From: a bacterium
Lineage (GTDB): Bacteria; Acidobacteriota; Blastocatellia; HR10
Reading direction: 5' to 3'
NCBI GenBank assembly: GCA_041640655.1
Contig: JBEPZV010000022.1
Span: forward strand, 1 to 38,472
Length of the DNA stretch: 38,472 bases
This document shows positions 38,453 to 38,472 of the stretch, one piece after another. The translations under genes were made by a program, and so were the position numbers. The notes under the pieces were generated by a model. It made no database searches. It worked only from the letters and a program-made list of their open reading frames with translations, and was not told the origin of the DNA. How positions within the stretch are numbered: the first letter of the stretch is position 1; each line of letters begins with the position of its first letter.

Positions 38453-38472
38453 ATGAGCATCGAGATGACACG
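38453..38472 (+). CDS. Probable start of the next gene, truncated by the window end
   Basis: AGGAGG at 38436-38441 then ATG 38453 (MSIEMT...); alternative ATG 38443. Confidence 0.3.

Overview
High-GC bacterial chromosomal window. The Oar-type TonB-dependent receptors with N-terminal carboxypeptidase-regulatory-like domains, the short PheT and the E/R-rich proteins suggest Acidobacteriota, possibly a thermophile (inference). The first ~6.2 kb is housekeeping: rpmI (partial), rplT, pheS, pheT, a ZapB-like coiled coil, zapA, a structured 274-bp intergenic region and pdxS-pdxT. From 6.3 to 21.4 kb is a co-oriented catabolic locus: GntR/FadR regulator, secreted M61 aminopeptidase, MFS transporter, TonB-dependent receptor (TBDR), a 1419-aa secreted M14-fold hydrolase and a split hydantoinase/5-oxoprolinase A+B. 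The TBDR promoter carries a tandem TG(T/G)ATACA operator. From 21.4 to 33.5 kb on the minus strand are a second TBDR, a D-aminopeptidase-like serine hydrolase, a secreted amidohydrolase, a 64-aa redoxin-like ORF coupled to rlmD, and serA-antiporter-S1/P1 nuclease. An RND efflux MFP and transporter follow. No rRNA, tRNA, CRISPR array or mobile element was seen. Best leads: the putative peptide/lactam utilisation locus, the atypical giant M14 protein, the switch-like pdxS leader and window-wide avoidance of RTCGAY. All calls were made by eye from motifs; no searches were run.
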